Shown piece by piece: positions 15,986-25,919 of a stretch of DNA of 40,266 nt. Made by a program: the position numbers and the translations under genes. The notes under the pieces were generated by a model, which was not told where the DNA came from, did not search any database, and saw only the letters and a list, made by a program, of their open reading frames with translations. Origin of the DNA: a virus; the IMG/VR virus record IMGVR_UViG_3300045988_083036, positions 1 through 40,266 of that record; one strand, written 5' to 3'. Position 1 is the stretch's first letter; each line of letters starts with the position of its first letter.

Positions 15986-16393
15986 ATGGATTTTCGTGGT
16001 ATTACCTTCGATTTCAAACCCACCCGCGCAAGCGACGCCGAACGGATGGAGAACGCTGAAAAGACCCTCGGCAAGAGCTGGAGCGCACTGAATGTGGAGA
16101 AGCTGGGCGCAGGGGCAGCAATTCTGGAAATGTGCAATCTCTACGACGACTATTTCTGCGACATTCTGGGCGACGACTACGCCGACAAACTGGGCGTGGA
16201 CACCGAAGATCTTGACGAGATGATGCCGCTGTTCAGCGAGTTCCAGCAGACGGTCAAAGCATTCGCCGACGACATGGTAGCAAAGGCTATGGCAAGCCTG
16301 CCTAAAAAGGCCGAACAGCCCATGAACAACGCGGTTCCCATGCCGCAGAACCGCGAACAGCGCCGCGCTGCCCGGCGGAACCATAAACACTGA
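15986..16393 (+). CDS. Tail assembly chaperone
   Basis: An acidic 135-aa protein between the major tail and tape measure genes. Confidence 0.6.
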   Translation: MDFRGITFDFKPTRASDAERMENAEKTLGKSWSALNVEKLGAGAAILEMCNLYDDYFCDILGDDYADKLGVDTEDLDEMMPLFSEFQQTVKAFADDMVAKAMASLPKKAEQPMNNAVPMPQNREQRRAARRNHKH

Positions 16394-16995
16394 TGGACAA
16401 GTGCTTCTTTGTGGATGATCTCCCGCAGGATTTCAACACCGATTTCCGGGCATGGATCCGATATGAGATTCTGGCAAACGCGGCAAAGACGGATGAAGAA
16501 CGCCGCAAGGTGCAGCAGTATGCCGAAACTGTTCTGGCTGGCGGAAATCCCATTGGTGAAGAGCGGCTTCAGGCGTTCATCCGGTTTTTCCGGTGCGGCG
16601 AGACGCAGATCGAGACGGACAACAAGTTGAATCAGGCGTTCGGCACTAGCGCCAGGGGGTACGACTTCGCAGTAGACGGCCCGCTCATCTATGCAGCGTT
16701 CTGGCAGGCCTACGGCATCGACCTGAACAACGTGGAACTCCATTGGTGGGAGTTCATGGCCCTGTTTCGCGGTCTGCCTGAGACCTGCCGCATCTGCCAG
16801 ATCATGGAGTACAGAACGGCAGATACGTCCAAAATGCCGAAGGAGACAAAGGAACAGTATGACAAGTACCGCCGGGCGTATGCGCTGCCGGAGACTTCTG
16901 GAGGTGAACGCCGGTATGCCAGTTTCGCAGACCGCAAGGCCGCTGCCATCGCGCGGCACAACGCGCTTGACCACGAGCCCAGAAACGGGCAATAG
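16393..16995 (+). CDS. Phage Gp15-family protein (tail assembly)
   Basis: Motif IYAAFWQAYGIDLNNVELHWWEFMALFRGL. The start overlaps the upstream stop (TGATG). Confidence 0.65.
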   Translation: MDKCFFVDDLPQDFNTDFRAWIRYEILANAAKTDEERRKVQQYAETVLAGGNPIGEERLQAFIRFFRCGETQIETDNKLNQAFGTSARGYDFAVDGPLIYAAFWQAYGIDLNNVELHWWEFMALFRGLPETCRICQIMEYRTADTSKMPKETKEQYDKYRRAYALPETSGGERRYASFADRKAAAIARHNALDHEPRNGQ

Positions 16996-17002
16996 AAGCC
17001 CT

Positions 17003-17125
17003 GTGCGCTGCCCTTTCTGTGGCAAGGCAAGTTCCGTATGGGCAGACGAAACCGCTCACGCAGGCGGGCTTTGGGTCAAATGCAAGAACCCCGTGTGCAA
17101 GCGGGAATTTGAAATAAAAATCTGA
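17003..17125 (+). CDS. Small Com-like zinc-ribbon protein (about 41 aa, GTG start)
   Basis: It reads RCPFCGKASSVWADETAHAGGLWVKCKNPVCKREFEIKI, a CxxC...CxxC pattern like the Mu Com family. The upstream part of ORF 16859..17125 overlaps Gp15 out of frame. Confidence 0.45.
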   Translation: MRCPFCGKASSVWADETAHAGGLWVKCKNPVCKREFEIKI

Positions 17126-17167
17126 GCGTGTGCCTTTGTGCCGGTGCTCCCACAGGGAGGGGTATAA

Positions 17168-19840
17168 ATGGCACAAAATCCAGATTTTGAAGTTCATGGA
17201 CAGGTAACGCTCGACAATTCCGACGTCAAGCAGGTTCTCGACGAAACCGAGTCCAAAGCAGAAAAGACCGCAAAAGAAACCGGCACAAAAATCGGCGATG
17301 CGGCCGATGACGCGGCGGAAAAGGTCAAGAAAAAGAGCAAAGAGACCCGTGATCAGCTGGCATCCGACACCCAAAAGGCCGGAAAGCAGACCGAGAAAAC
17401 GGCAAAGGATACCACCGAGAAGGTCAAAAAGCAGTTTGAGGCGGGTTCCGTTGCCATCGGCAACATCATCTCCGGTCTGGTCACAAAAATTGCCAGCGCG
17501 GGCAAAGACCTAATCAAGCAAGGCATTTCCTATAACGCCCAGATCGAGACCTACCGAACCGGCCTGACAAACATGCTGGGAGACGCGGAAAAGGCCAACA
17601 CCGCACTTGAGAACATCAAGCAGGACGCAGCCCGAACACCCTTTGACACAGCTTCTCTCGTTAAGGCGAACCAGTACCTTATCGGTGCAGGCGAAAACGC
17701 CGACTACAGCCGCAAGATCATCCTTGCGCTGGGCGACGCGGTTTCGGCCACTGGAGGCGGTTCGGCAGAGCTGGAACGCATGGCGCAGAACCTCCAGCAG
17801 GTCGCCAACGTTGGCAAGGCTAGCGCAGTAGACATTAAACAATTTGCATTTGCGGGCATCAACATCTATCAGGTGCTTGCAGATTATACCGGCAAGTCCA
17901 TTCAGGACGTCCAGAACATGACCATCTCCTACGACCTGCTGACGAAATCGTTGCAGGCCGCAGCAGAAGAGGGCGGACGCTACTATAACAGCATGGAAAC
18001 GCAGAGCGAGACGCTCAAAGGCTCCCTCTCCACCCTCAAGGACAACGCTTCCCAGCTGCTTGGCACCGTCACAGAGGGGCTTTCCAGCGGTCTGGGCGAG
18101 TGGATGCAAGGTCTGAATCAGATCGTGATCGACCTGAACGAGGGAATCCAGAACGGAACCATCAACTTTGAGGGAATGTTCGCCGCTCTGGGCGCGGTAG
18201 CCGGTGCGTTGCTTACCTACAAGACCTACACCACCGCCTCAACCGTCGCACAAAACCTGCTCAACGCCGCTATGAATGCAAATCCCATCGGCATTGTGGT
18301 GTCGCTGCTTGGTGCGCTGGCTGGCGCATTTGTCACGGCCTATACCACAAGCGAGACCTTCCGCAAGTGGGTGAGCAACGCTTTTCAATCCGTAAAAACC
18401 GCAGCCCAAAAGTTTATCTCCCCGGCTATTTCGTTGGTAAAGAACCTGCTTTCCCTGCTTGATCGAGCAAGTTTTGCGATGAACAAGGTTCTCGGGAAAG
18501 AATCAGTTGCCAAGTATTCCAATTATGATGAATATCTCAAGGAGAAGAGGCAAAAAGAGGGCGGGCACGCAAGAAGAACCACCAACCAAGACAGAAGAAC
18601 CGCCTCTAGCGGAAGCTCTGGTTCTTCCGGTGGCACTGTCGGAGATACCATTGTAAGCTCTATTCCATCGAGCACTTCCGGATCCGCTTCCAAAAAAACA
18701 AAACCCACCCCCAAGAAAACAGCCAAAGTCATTGACAGCCTGAGCGAGACGTCTCACAAGACCGCCGGGAAGATCACGACCGACGTCCAAAAAGTCACTG
18801 AGAAATACGACGACGGCACAAAGAAAATCACGACCACCACAACGCAGTCGGAGAAGAAGATCATAGACGGCGTTGAACAGACCGTAAAAACCGTGACGAC
18901 GGAAGTTGACGACGGTTCGGGCAAAATCAAAAAGACCGTCAAGAAAACCGTCGATAATATCGAGCAGTCGGTCGATGTCGTTGAGAAGAAAATCAAATCG
19001 GCAAATTCCGAGATTTCCTCGGAGTTGTCCTCCGGCATTTTCGGCATCCTCAAGAGCGGCCTCTCCGACGTAAAGAAAAAAAATTGGAGCGGCCTTGCAC
19101 TGGATGTGGCAAAGCTCATTTGGGGCGAGGTAGACCAAAGCCAGCGGTTTTTGATTTCGGAATGGGCGAAAGACGTCCTAAAAGTTATCAACGAGCAATA
19201 TGCAAGCGGCGGAATATCTTCTGTTATAAGGACCATCAAAACGCTTGTCGCCGGTGGAGAGCTTACGACAAGCGGCGGAACGGTCCTTGATTCCATCAGC
19301 AAGATTGTTTCTGACCTGACCGCAAGCGGCGGCATGGGCGAAGTGCTGGGCACGATGGCCACAAAACTTGGTGGTCTGTTCGGTACACTGGCCACCAAAA
19401 TCGGCAGCGTCGGCACGGCACTGAGCGGCCTTGCAACAAAGTTGGTTGCCGTTGTCGCTTCAAACCCGGAGATATTCGCAATTCTAGCCATTGTCGCCGG
19501 GGTCGTTGCACTGGGTGCCTACATCTGGAAGAAGCACGGCAAGGAAATCAGCGGATGGTGGAGCGGCCTTTGGGCGGATAAACCCACCGCCGCACCTGCC
19601 TCCAACTACCAGCAGAGCGACAGCATCACCGCCGCCCGTCTGGTACAGGAATCTCAGGCCGCTGCAGCGGCCAACCAGCAGAGCACGACTCGTGTGCAGA
19701 GCGGAACCGGAAGCGCAGCAAGCCAACAGCTGAACGCCAGCTGGCGCGGCTCTTCCACCACCATCTTGAACCTGGACGGCAGAGAAGTGGCCCGCTCTAC
19801 TGCGCCTTATATGGACGAAGAGCTTGCATTCAGGTCGTAA
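17168..19840 (+). CDS. Tape measure protein
   Basis: An 890-aa protein with coiled-coil and TM segments, in the canonical position. Confidence 0.9.
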   Translation: MAQNPDFEVHGQVTLDNSDVKQVLDETESKAEKTAKETGTKIGDAADDAAEKVKKKSKETRDQLASDTQKAGKQTEKTAKDTTEKVKKQFEAGSVAIGNIISGLVTKIASAGKDLIKQGISYNAQIETYRTGLTNMLGDAEKANTALENIKQDAARTPFDTASLVKANQYLIGAGENADYSRKIILALGDAVSATGGGSAELERMAQNLQQVANVGKASAVDIKQFAFAGINIYQVLADYTGKSIQDVQNMTISYDLLTKSLQAAAEEGGRYYNSMETQSETLKGSLSTLKDNASQLLGTVTEGLSSGLGEWMQGLNQIVIDLNEGIQNGTINFEGMFAALGAVAGALLTYKTYTTASTVAQNLLNAAMNANPIGIVVSLLGALAGAFVTAYTTSETFRKWVSNAFQSVKTAAQKFISPAISLVKNLLSLLDRASFAMNKVLGKESVAKYSNYDEYLKEKRQKEGGHARRTTNQDRRTASSGSSGSSGGTVGDTIVSSIPSSTSGSASKKTKPTPKKTAKVIDSLSETSHKTAGKITTDVQKVTEKYDDGTKKITTTTTQSEKKIIDGVEQTVKTVTTEVDDGSGKIKKTVKKTVDNIEQSVDVVEKKIKSANSEISSELSSGIFGILKSGLSDVKKKNWSGLALDVAKLIWGEVDQSQRFLISEWAKDVLKVINEQYASGGISSVIRTIKTLVAGGELTTSGGTVLDSISKIVSDLTASGGMGEVLGTMATKLGGLFGTLATKIGSVGTALSGLATKLVAVVASNPEIFAILAIVAGVVALGAYIWKKHGKEISGWWSGLWADKPTAAPASNYQQSDSITAARLVQESQAAAAANQQSTTRVQSGTGSAASQQLNASWRGSSTTILNLDGREVARSTAPYMDEELAFRS

Positions 19841-19850
19841 GGAGTAACGC

Positions 19851-20606
19851 ATGGAAAACACATTTTGGGTGGATGACCACGGCGGTTCTGAGTTTGGCGC
19901 GATGCTTCTGGCCGATTATTCGGTCGGCGCACCGAGCATATCTCAAGATTACGTTGTTGCGTCCACCGGAAGCCGCATCACAGCAGGCGGAACCCGGTAC
20001 GGGCTGCGAACCATCACGCTGCCGGTCGTCATCGAAGGGTGCAGCCCAGAGGATGCAGAAGATAAGAGAAGCCATTTAACAGCTGCTCTGCTGAAGCGCA
20101 CGGTGGAGCTGTGCCTTCCGGACGGTGGGCTGTATACCTGTCTGCTGACCGATGGCGGCAAAAAGGCAGAGATCGACCGGGACGGAAAATTTATCGAGAC
20201 GAGCTATACATTGGTCGGCTACAAGCACGGCCCGCTGGAAACGCTGGTCTTTACAAACCCAGATGGAACGATCAGCTTTTTCGCGGCTGGAACAGCAGAA
20301 ACGATGGAATGCCGCATCACGGCCACTGTGGCGAAAAGCTATTCCGGCACCGTGTACATATTTTACCCCAACAGCATACTGTCCAACTGCATTTTCAACA
20401 GCGGCGCACTGAAGGGCGGCGATACCGTCATTGTGGACGGCATCGAAAAGAGGCTCACCGTCAACGGTTCGGCCGGCATGAAGCTGCTCAACAAGATTTC
20501 GGGCGGCTGGCCCAGGGTCGTGCGCGGGGAAAACAAGCTGTACACATCGCAAAAAACTATGCCATTCTCGCAGATCGCGATTGAGTACTATCCAATATAC
20601 ATTTAA
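19851..20606 (+). CDS. Distal tail protein (Dit)
   Basis: A 251-aa ORF directly after the tape measure gene. Confidence 0.7.
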   Translation: MENTFWVDDHGGSEFGAMLLADYSVGAPSISQDYVVASTGSRITAGGTRYGLRTITLPVVIEGCSPEDAEDKRSHLTAALLKRTVELCLPDGGLYTCLLTDGGKKAEIDRDGKFIETSYTLVGYKHGPLETLVFTNPDGTISFFAAGTAETMECRITATVAKSYSGTVYIFYPNSILSNCIFNSGALKGGDTVIVDGIEKRLTVNGSAGMKLLNKISGGWPRVVRGENKLYTSQKTMPFSQIAIEYYPIYI

Positions 20607-20619
20607 GGAGGTGCGCTTT

Positions 20620-21711
20620 TTGCTTTCCATCATTTTGGATACCGGGCAGGAGATCCCGCTGGATTATGACGGATACTGCATCGAACAGAACACAAACGGT
20701 TGGGAAGACAAGCTGAAGTTTACGCTTCCGCTCAACCACCCGCAGGCCTATCTACTGTCCGAACGGGTGCGCATCTGGGAGACGACACAGAACCAGGTAT
20801 ACGCCATTTCCAGCATCAGCAACGGAAAAACGGATACGGCCTATGAAGCCCGTCTTGACCTGGATAGCCTGTGCGCGGTCCTTTTGGCAGACTGGAACAA
20901 CTTCGTTAAAACGGGCATTTTCAGCAAGGGACCTCAGACGATGGAAGACACCATCAGGCGGGCCCTCAGTGACATTTCCGGGTGGAGCCTTTTTGCTATG
21001 GGCGAAACGTCTGAAAAGTTGGCAATCGAGAATTTTTTCGGGACTCCTCTGGAACTCATCAAAAAAGCCGTGGAAGTCTGGCCGGATTACACGGTGCGGC
21101 TGCAAGTCCCCAAAAGCGGCCTCAAGATAATGGACGTGCACGAACCAAGAAATGAAGCGGAAGCGACGGAGACGTTCTTCTCCGATGAGCTGAACCTTCG
21201 GGAACGGCCTTCCTTCAAAGGAAAGGCCGAATCTGGGGACAGCTACTATACAGAGCTTCGGCTCTATGGGAAAGATGGGATCTATGTAGATGTGAGCTGT
21301 CACGATTACGATAAGCGCGTCATCTGGCACACCGAAACGGACAGCTCGATTGAAGATACAAACGCCCTGAAGCTAAAAGCAGACAAGATGATAAAATCGG
21401 CTGCTTTCCCGTCCCGGTCATACAGTTGCAATGTAATTGACCTATACGAGCATGACAATCAAAAGTATCCCAATATGGAGATCGAACTCTACAAGGCCAT
21501 AACGTTGATGGATTCAGACACAGGATCCACGTCCACATTGCAGATCGCACAAAAAACGATCTATCCATACTACCCGGAAAAGAACCAGGTGCAGCTCAAC
21601 ACTGTGGCCGGAAACATCTCGAAGAAATCGCAGAAATATTCCGGCAAAGTCATCACATACACCGATTCACAGGCCACACAGGCAGAAAAAAACGAAAAGG
21701 AGACAGTGTAG
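20620..21711 (+). CDS. Tail-associated / baseplate hub protein (Tal-like), TTG start
   Basis: AAGGAGG RBS 9 nt upstream of TTG 20620. Its position after Dit fits. Confidence 0.6.
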   Translation: MLSIILDTGQEIPLDYDGYCIEQNTNGWEDKLKFTLPLNHPQAYLLSERVRIWETTQNQVYAISSISNGKTDTAYEARLDLDSLCAVLLADWNNFVKTGIFSKGPQTMEDTIRRALSDISGWSLFAMGETSEKLAIENFFGTPLELIKKAVEVWPDYTVRLQVPKSGLKIMDVHEPRNEAEATETFFSDELNLRERPSFKGKAESGDSYYTELRLYGKDGIYVDVSCHDYDKRVIWHTETDSSIEDTNALKLKADKMIKSAAFPSRSYSCNVIDLYEHDNQKYPNMEIELYKAITLMDSDTGSTSTLQIAQKTIYPYYPEKNQVQLNTVAGNISKKSQKYSGKVITYTDSQATQAEKNEKETV

Positions 21712-21714
21712 CAC

Positions 21715-22980
21715 ATGCAAACGCTTAAAATGGATTTCCAGAGCCAGAGCGCCCCACCGGTCGTTCCTGTCATGCAGTATGATGCACAGAGCCGCTTTAT
21801 CGGCATCACCCTGTACAACGGCGGCGTTCCGTACGAGGCCCCAGAGGGTGCAAGCTATACCGTGCAGTATCGCGGCCCCGGTGCCAATAACATGGGCTGG
21901 TACAACACCATCACGCTTTCCAGCGGCACCCGCAAGGCGGTCATCGTAGACAGCGCCAGCAAAAACGTTGTCACCCTTGAGCTTGCAGAGCAGGCTTTGC
22001 GCGTCAACGGAAACGTCTTTGTCAATCTCTGCGTAGTCACCAATACCGGATACATGCTCCATACCTTTCCTATCATCTGCCGCGTCACCGGCGCGGCGTT
22101 CCCCGATACCGTCGCGGTGCAGTCTTTCTTCTATGTCACCGGCCTCACCTCCGTGCAGTGGCTTGCCTACGTCACCGCCTGCCAGGACGCACAGAGACGG
22201 GCGGAATATGCAGCGGCGAAGCTCGTCATCGACCCCACCCTCTCCCTTTCCGGCAAGGCTGCGGATGCGGCAAAGGTGGGCGAGGCGGTCAATGCGGAGT
22301 CAACCAGAGCGAAGGAGGTGGAAGGTGAGCTAAAGGAAAATATTAGCGATAATCTGTTATTATTCAATGATTATATTGCAGGGGCAACAATAGAACTGGA
22401 AAAAAACACTAATGGTATTCCTATTAAGGCAACTTTTAGAGTTGATGGAGAAATCGTAAGAACAGACACAATGACCTATTTTCCTAATGACACAGCAATA
22501 AAAACCATTGTTACAAAGAGAATAATATCGAACAAAGCTATGATTACGATTACAGAAGACACAGAAACAGGGAAGACCATTGTTTCTGAGATTGAAGAAT
22601 ATAACATGATCGACAATGGCTCGAACTATGAAAATTGGGTCATTGCAGGTAATGGAACAACTGCGAGTGCTAATGGCATCCATCTTGTTGCAGATGGGAA
22701 TATCGAAGCGGCGAATTATAGTTTTGGTGAATTGGTTGATGGGAAAACTTACAAATTCACATATGAGGTTGTAAGCAAAACGGTTAATTCAACTATGGTA
22801 TTGTCTGCTGGGAATTTTGTTGGTTCTAAAAATGTCGTGCTTGATAATTCTATAGGTGTTCATAGTGTTAATATTATTTATGTAGCAACGTCAATAAACA
22901 GGTTAAGAATCACTCTTTCTAAAGATAACGAAGACGGGACTTATATCAATCTTTGCAATTTTAAGCTTGTGGAGGTATAA
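21715..22980 (+). CDS. Baseplate/receptor-binding protein with a BppU-like N-terminus and an AT-rich C-terminal half
   Basis: The N-terminal motif VMQYDAQSRFIGITLYNGGVPYEAPEGASYTVQY resembles BppU_N. Base composition changes sharply near 22330. Confidence 0.6.
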   Translation: MQTLKMDFQSQSAPPVVPVMQYDAQSRFIGITLYNGGVPYEAPEGASYTVQYRGPGANNMGWYNTITLSSGTRKAVIVDSASKNVVTLELAEQALRVNGNVFVNLCVVTNTGYMLHTFPIICRVTGAAFPDTVAVQSFFYVTGLTSVQWLAYVTACQDAQRRAEYAAAKLVIDPTLSLSGKAADAAKVGEAVNAESTRAKEVEGELKENISDNLLLFNDYIAGATIELEKNTNGIPIKATFRVDGEIVRTDTMTYFPNDTAIKTIVTKRIISNKAMITITEDTETGKTIVSEIEEYNMIDNGSNYENWVIAGNGTTASANGIHLVADGNIEAANYSFGELVDGKTYKFTYEVVSKTVNSTMVLSAGNFVGSKNVVLDNSIGVHSVNIIYVATSINRLRITLSKDNEDGTYINLCNFKLVEV

Positions 22981-22982
22981 AA

Positions 22983-24497
22983 ATGGCGTTCACATTATCT
23001 AAAATTATTAACGACAAAATCAAAACAGAAGCTGAAATTATTAACGACAAAATCAAAACAGAAGCTGAAATTACTAACGACAAAATCAAAACGGAAGCTA
23101 TTATGCTAAATGGCATGAGAATGGCATATCCCGTAACAGAACCGATACTGCTTAACATCCCTACTTATGACGGAAGTGGTCAGGCAGTGCATCCATCTGT
23201 TGTTGTTCCACAGTCACCGAATGGTTTATTTGGTGGATATCGATATTGGATGGCTATGACCCCATTTGCTAATAGCCAAGATGCACTCGAAAATCCTTCG
23301 ATACTTTGCTCTAACGATGGCATAGAGTGGAATGTGCCAAAAGGAGTAGCCAATCCACTCGTCAAACCGCTTGAAAACGGTCAATTTAACGCAGATCCAA
23401 ACCTTGTATTTAATCCGTATGATGGATATTTGTATTTATATTGGAATGCCCAAGGCAAAAATATTGGCGGAAACGGTATAAACGCCATTGGGCGAATGAT
23501 AAAATCGAATAATGGTGTAAGTTGGAGTGATCCAGTAGAGATTAAAGCAATCAACTGGTCTGGAAAAGAAGTGCCAATTACATTCTCTGGCTCCGGCATT
23601 GAAGTGTTGTCCGATGGATCATGGATTGCTCTGCTGAATAGAAAGTCTGGTGGCAATGCGTACAGTTGCGGACAAGCAAATATGACGCTATTTATCTCAT
23701 CCGACGGATTAACGTGGAGTGAGTTACCGAGTACCTATGACAACCTTGCTGGCTCACATTGGCATATCAGTTTTCGTAGATTTTCGGATGGTTTCCATTT
23801 TATTTCATCCGTAACCAACAATGAATCGGGGTCTGCGTATAATTTAGGTTTATACTATGGCTACAGCCCAGACGGTCAAGCACCATTGTTTGATGGAACG
23901 CCATTATTTGGGTTGGATCGCGTAAAAACAAACATTCGCAAATGGTACGCATCGTGTATTGTGCCGATTGGAACAAACACAAGTCGTGTGTATTTTTCGC
24001 AACAACACGATGACGGAACATGGCACATTGGATATTTTGATGTTGTTGTCAATAATCCGTATGCTGCATATGTTCAATCTCCTAATTATATGATGCGTTA
24101 TACACCGGTCTGGCATCAGTTTAATTTACGAGATACAGATTATCATGTATCTACACCAATTAACAGCAATCAAACATTATATTATGGTTTGCGAAAAATG
24201 ATTGAATTTCGTGAGTGTGCATTGATTTGCATTAATTCACTCACAGATAGCGATAATCAACCAATATCTGTAAAAATCGAATCAATCAATAGATATTGCG
24301 GAGGTACCCAAACGACGACTCTTGACGGTATCGATCAGATAATTACAGTACCTTCTTCTACTAAAACTGTTATTATTACAAAGAATACGTTTGGAATATT
24401 AGGTGTGCGTAGTCTTGATCGAGTTGGTCTAAAAATTAAAGCCGAAAAAGTGCCAGCGAACGGCTATGTTTCGATATATCTAGTCCCGCAAGCATAA
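22983..24497 (+). CDS. Tail fibre / depolymerase-like protein (N-terminal 11-aa repeats, putative beta-propeller glycosidase-like body)
   Basis: It has three copies of a NDKIKTEAEI-type 11-aa repeat. The motifs HPSVVV...GYRYWMAMTPF...ENPSILCSNDGIEWN resemble glycosidase/BNR-like propellers. The gene is entirely AT-rich. Confidence 0.5.
   Translation: MAFTLSKIINDKIKTEAEIINDKIKTEAEITNDKIKTEAIMLNGMRMAYPVTEPILLNIPTYDGSGQAVHPSVVVPQSPNGLFGGYRYWMAMTPFANSQDALENPSILCSNDGIEWNVPKGVANPLVKPLENGQFNADPNLVFNPYDGYLYLYWNAQGKNIGGNGINAIGRMIKSNNGVSWSDPVEIKAINWSGKEVPITFSGSGIEVLSDGSWIALLNRKSGGNAYSCGQANMTLFISSDGLTWSELPSTYDNLAGSHWHISFRRFSDGFHFISSVTNNESGSAYNLGLYYGYSPDGQAPLFDGTPLFGLDRVKTNIRKWYASCIVPIGTNTSRVYFSQQHDDGTWHIGYFDVVVNNPYAAYVQSPNYMMRYTPVWHQFNLRDTDYHVSTPINSNQTLYYGLRKMIEFRECALICINSLTDSDNQPISVKIESINRYCGGTQTTTLDGIDQIITVPSSTKTVIITKNTFGILGVRSLDRVGLKIKAEKVPANGYVSIYLVPQA
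23004..23102 (+). repeat. Three 33-bp tandem repeats (in frame)
   Basis: attattaacgacaaaatcaaaacagaagctgaa occurs twice, followed by a diverged third copy. Confidence 0.9.
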
Positions 24498-24673
24498 TAA
24501 AGTTTTATTTGGTGATTAACTGTAGTCTAATTCTAGTTGATGAAAGAGGGCGATTAAACAGTATAGCCTTATAGCAGACGGCAACCGCCGCCTTGCACAG
24601 GACTTTAAGGTGCGGGAGATGCGCTGCCGAGACTGACCATCCACCCACATAAAAAACAGAAAGGACTGATATC

Positions 24674-25354
24674 ATGCTCCCCATTATGGACGTTTCCCGC
24701 TGGCAGGGTCAAATCAACTGGGACAAGGTCAAGGAAAGCAGACTTGTCTCCGGCGTGATGCTCAAAACTGTCAGCACCAACCGCAAGCTGAGCAAGCGCA
24801 AGGATGGGTTGTACATTGACCCGACCTTTGAGCGCAACTATGCCGAATGCAAGCGGCTGGGGATTCCGGTGGGCGTGTACTACTACACCTATGCCGTCTC
24901 GCATACCAGTGCCGACGCAGAGCTGGCCCTGCTCAAAACTGCGCTGACCGGGAAAACCTTCGAGTTGCCGATTTGCGTGGATGTGGAGGACAACAAGCTC
25001 CGCAAGCTTGGCAAGCAGGCGTTGACCGACCTGACCGCATATGCGCTGGCGACCATCGAGCAGTGGGGCTTCTACGCCCTACTCTACACCGGTCTTAACT
25101 TCGGCGAGACCCGGCTGTATATGGGTGGCGCGGCATTGCGCAAGTATGACGTGTGGGTGGCAAGATACCCCAAGGATCAGAGCAAGACTAAGCCCGAGGA
25201 CAAACCCGCCACGTCGTGGGCTTATGGGATGTGGCAGTATACAGACGCCGCCAGCGTGCCGGGCATCAAGGGCAACGCAGACCTTTCTCACGCCTATAAG
25301 GACTACGCCGCCATTATCGCGAAAAAGGGGCTGGACCGGCTCCGGGAGGGGTAA
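24674..25354 (+). CDS. Endolysin, GH25 muramidase
   Basis: Motifs DVSRWQGQINWDKV and GVYYYTYA. Confidence 0.85.
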   Translation: MLPIMDVSRWQGQINWDKVKESRLVSGVMLKTVSTNRKLSKRKDGLYIDPTFERNYAECKRLGIPVGVYYYTYAVSHTSADAELALLKTALTGKTFELPICVDVEDNKLRKLGKQALTDLTAYALATIEQWGFYALLYTGLNFGETRLYMGGAALRKYDVWVARYPKDQSKTKPEDKPATSWAYGMWQYTDAASVPGIKGNADLSHAYKDYAAIIAKKGLDRLREG

Positions 25355-25359
25355 CGTCT

Positions 25360-25647
25360 ATGTGGCAATGGATCGCCCAATATTGGGCAGAGTGGGCTTT
25401 TGGTCTGCTAAGCACCGCCGTCATCGCGGTGGTCATCAAGTACAAGGCCCTGCTGGACGGCGTGCTGGCCATCCTGCATGATCGTATCTATCAGGCGTGT
25501 CAGTATTACATCAAGCAGGGCTGCATCGACACGGCAGGGCTCAAAAATATTGAGTACCTGTATAAGAGCTATCATACTCTTGGCGGCAACGGAACCGGCA
25601 CGGAGCTTTACAACCGCGCTAAGTCGCTGCCGATTCACGACAATTGA
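25360..25647 (+). CDS. Membrane protein of the lysis cassette (putative holin/accessory)
   Basis: N-terminal TM segment WAFGLLSTAVIAVVI. It lies between the endolysin and holin genes. Confidence 0.5.
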   Translation: MWQWIAQYWAEWAFGLLSTAVIAVVIKYKALLDGVLAILHDRIYQACQYYIKQGCIDTAGLKNIEYLYKSYHTLGGNGTGTELYNRAKSLPIHDN

Positions 25648-25660
25648 GAGGAGACACACT

Positions 25661-25909
25661 ATGACTAACAACAAGATTTCCGCCGGAACCATCGCCCGCA
25701 CCGCCGTCCTCGCGCTGGCACTAACCAATCAAATTCTGAGCGCAACTGGCCACTCCCCGCTTCCCATCGAGTCGGAGCAGCTGGAGCAGATCATCACAAC
25801 CGGCATCACCGTCGTCGCTTCCCTCGTGGCGTGGTGGGAGAACAACTCCTTCACGTCTGCCGCTATCCACGCCGATCACGTCCTCAATCAGATGCAGGGC
25901 AAGGAGTAA
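25661..25909 (+). CDS. Holin (LL-H / phi-LC3-like family)
   Basis: Motif KISAGTIARTAVLALALTNQIL...WWENNSFTSAA. ATG 25661 lies inside ORF 25478..25909. Confidence 0.7.
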   Translation: MTNNKISAGTIARTAVLALALTNQILSATGHSPLPIESEQLEQIITTGITVVASLVAWWENNSFTSAAIHADHVLNQMQGKE

Positions 25910-25919
25910 GGAGTATATC

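Noticed and set aside
16981-17005. A programmed frameshift joining Gp15 to the downstream zinc ribbon, by analogy with tail chaperone G/GT.
   Set aside because: The ribbon lies in the +1 frame and there is no slippery sequence before the TAG. Coupled re-initiation at GTG 17003 is simpler.
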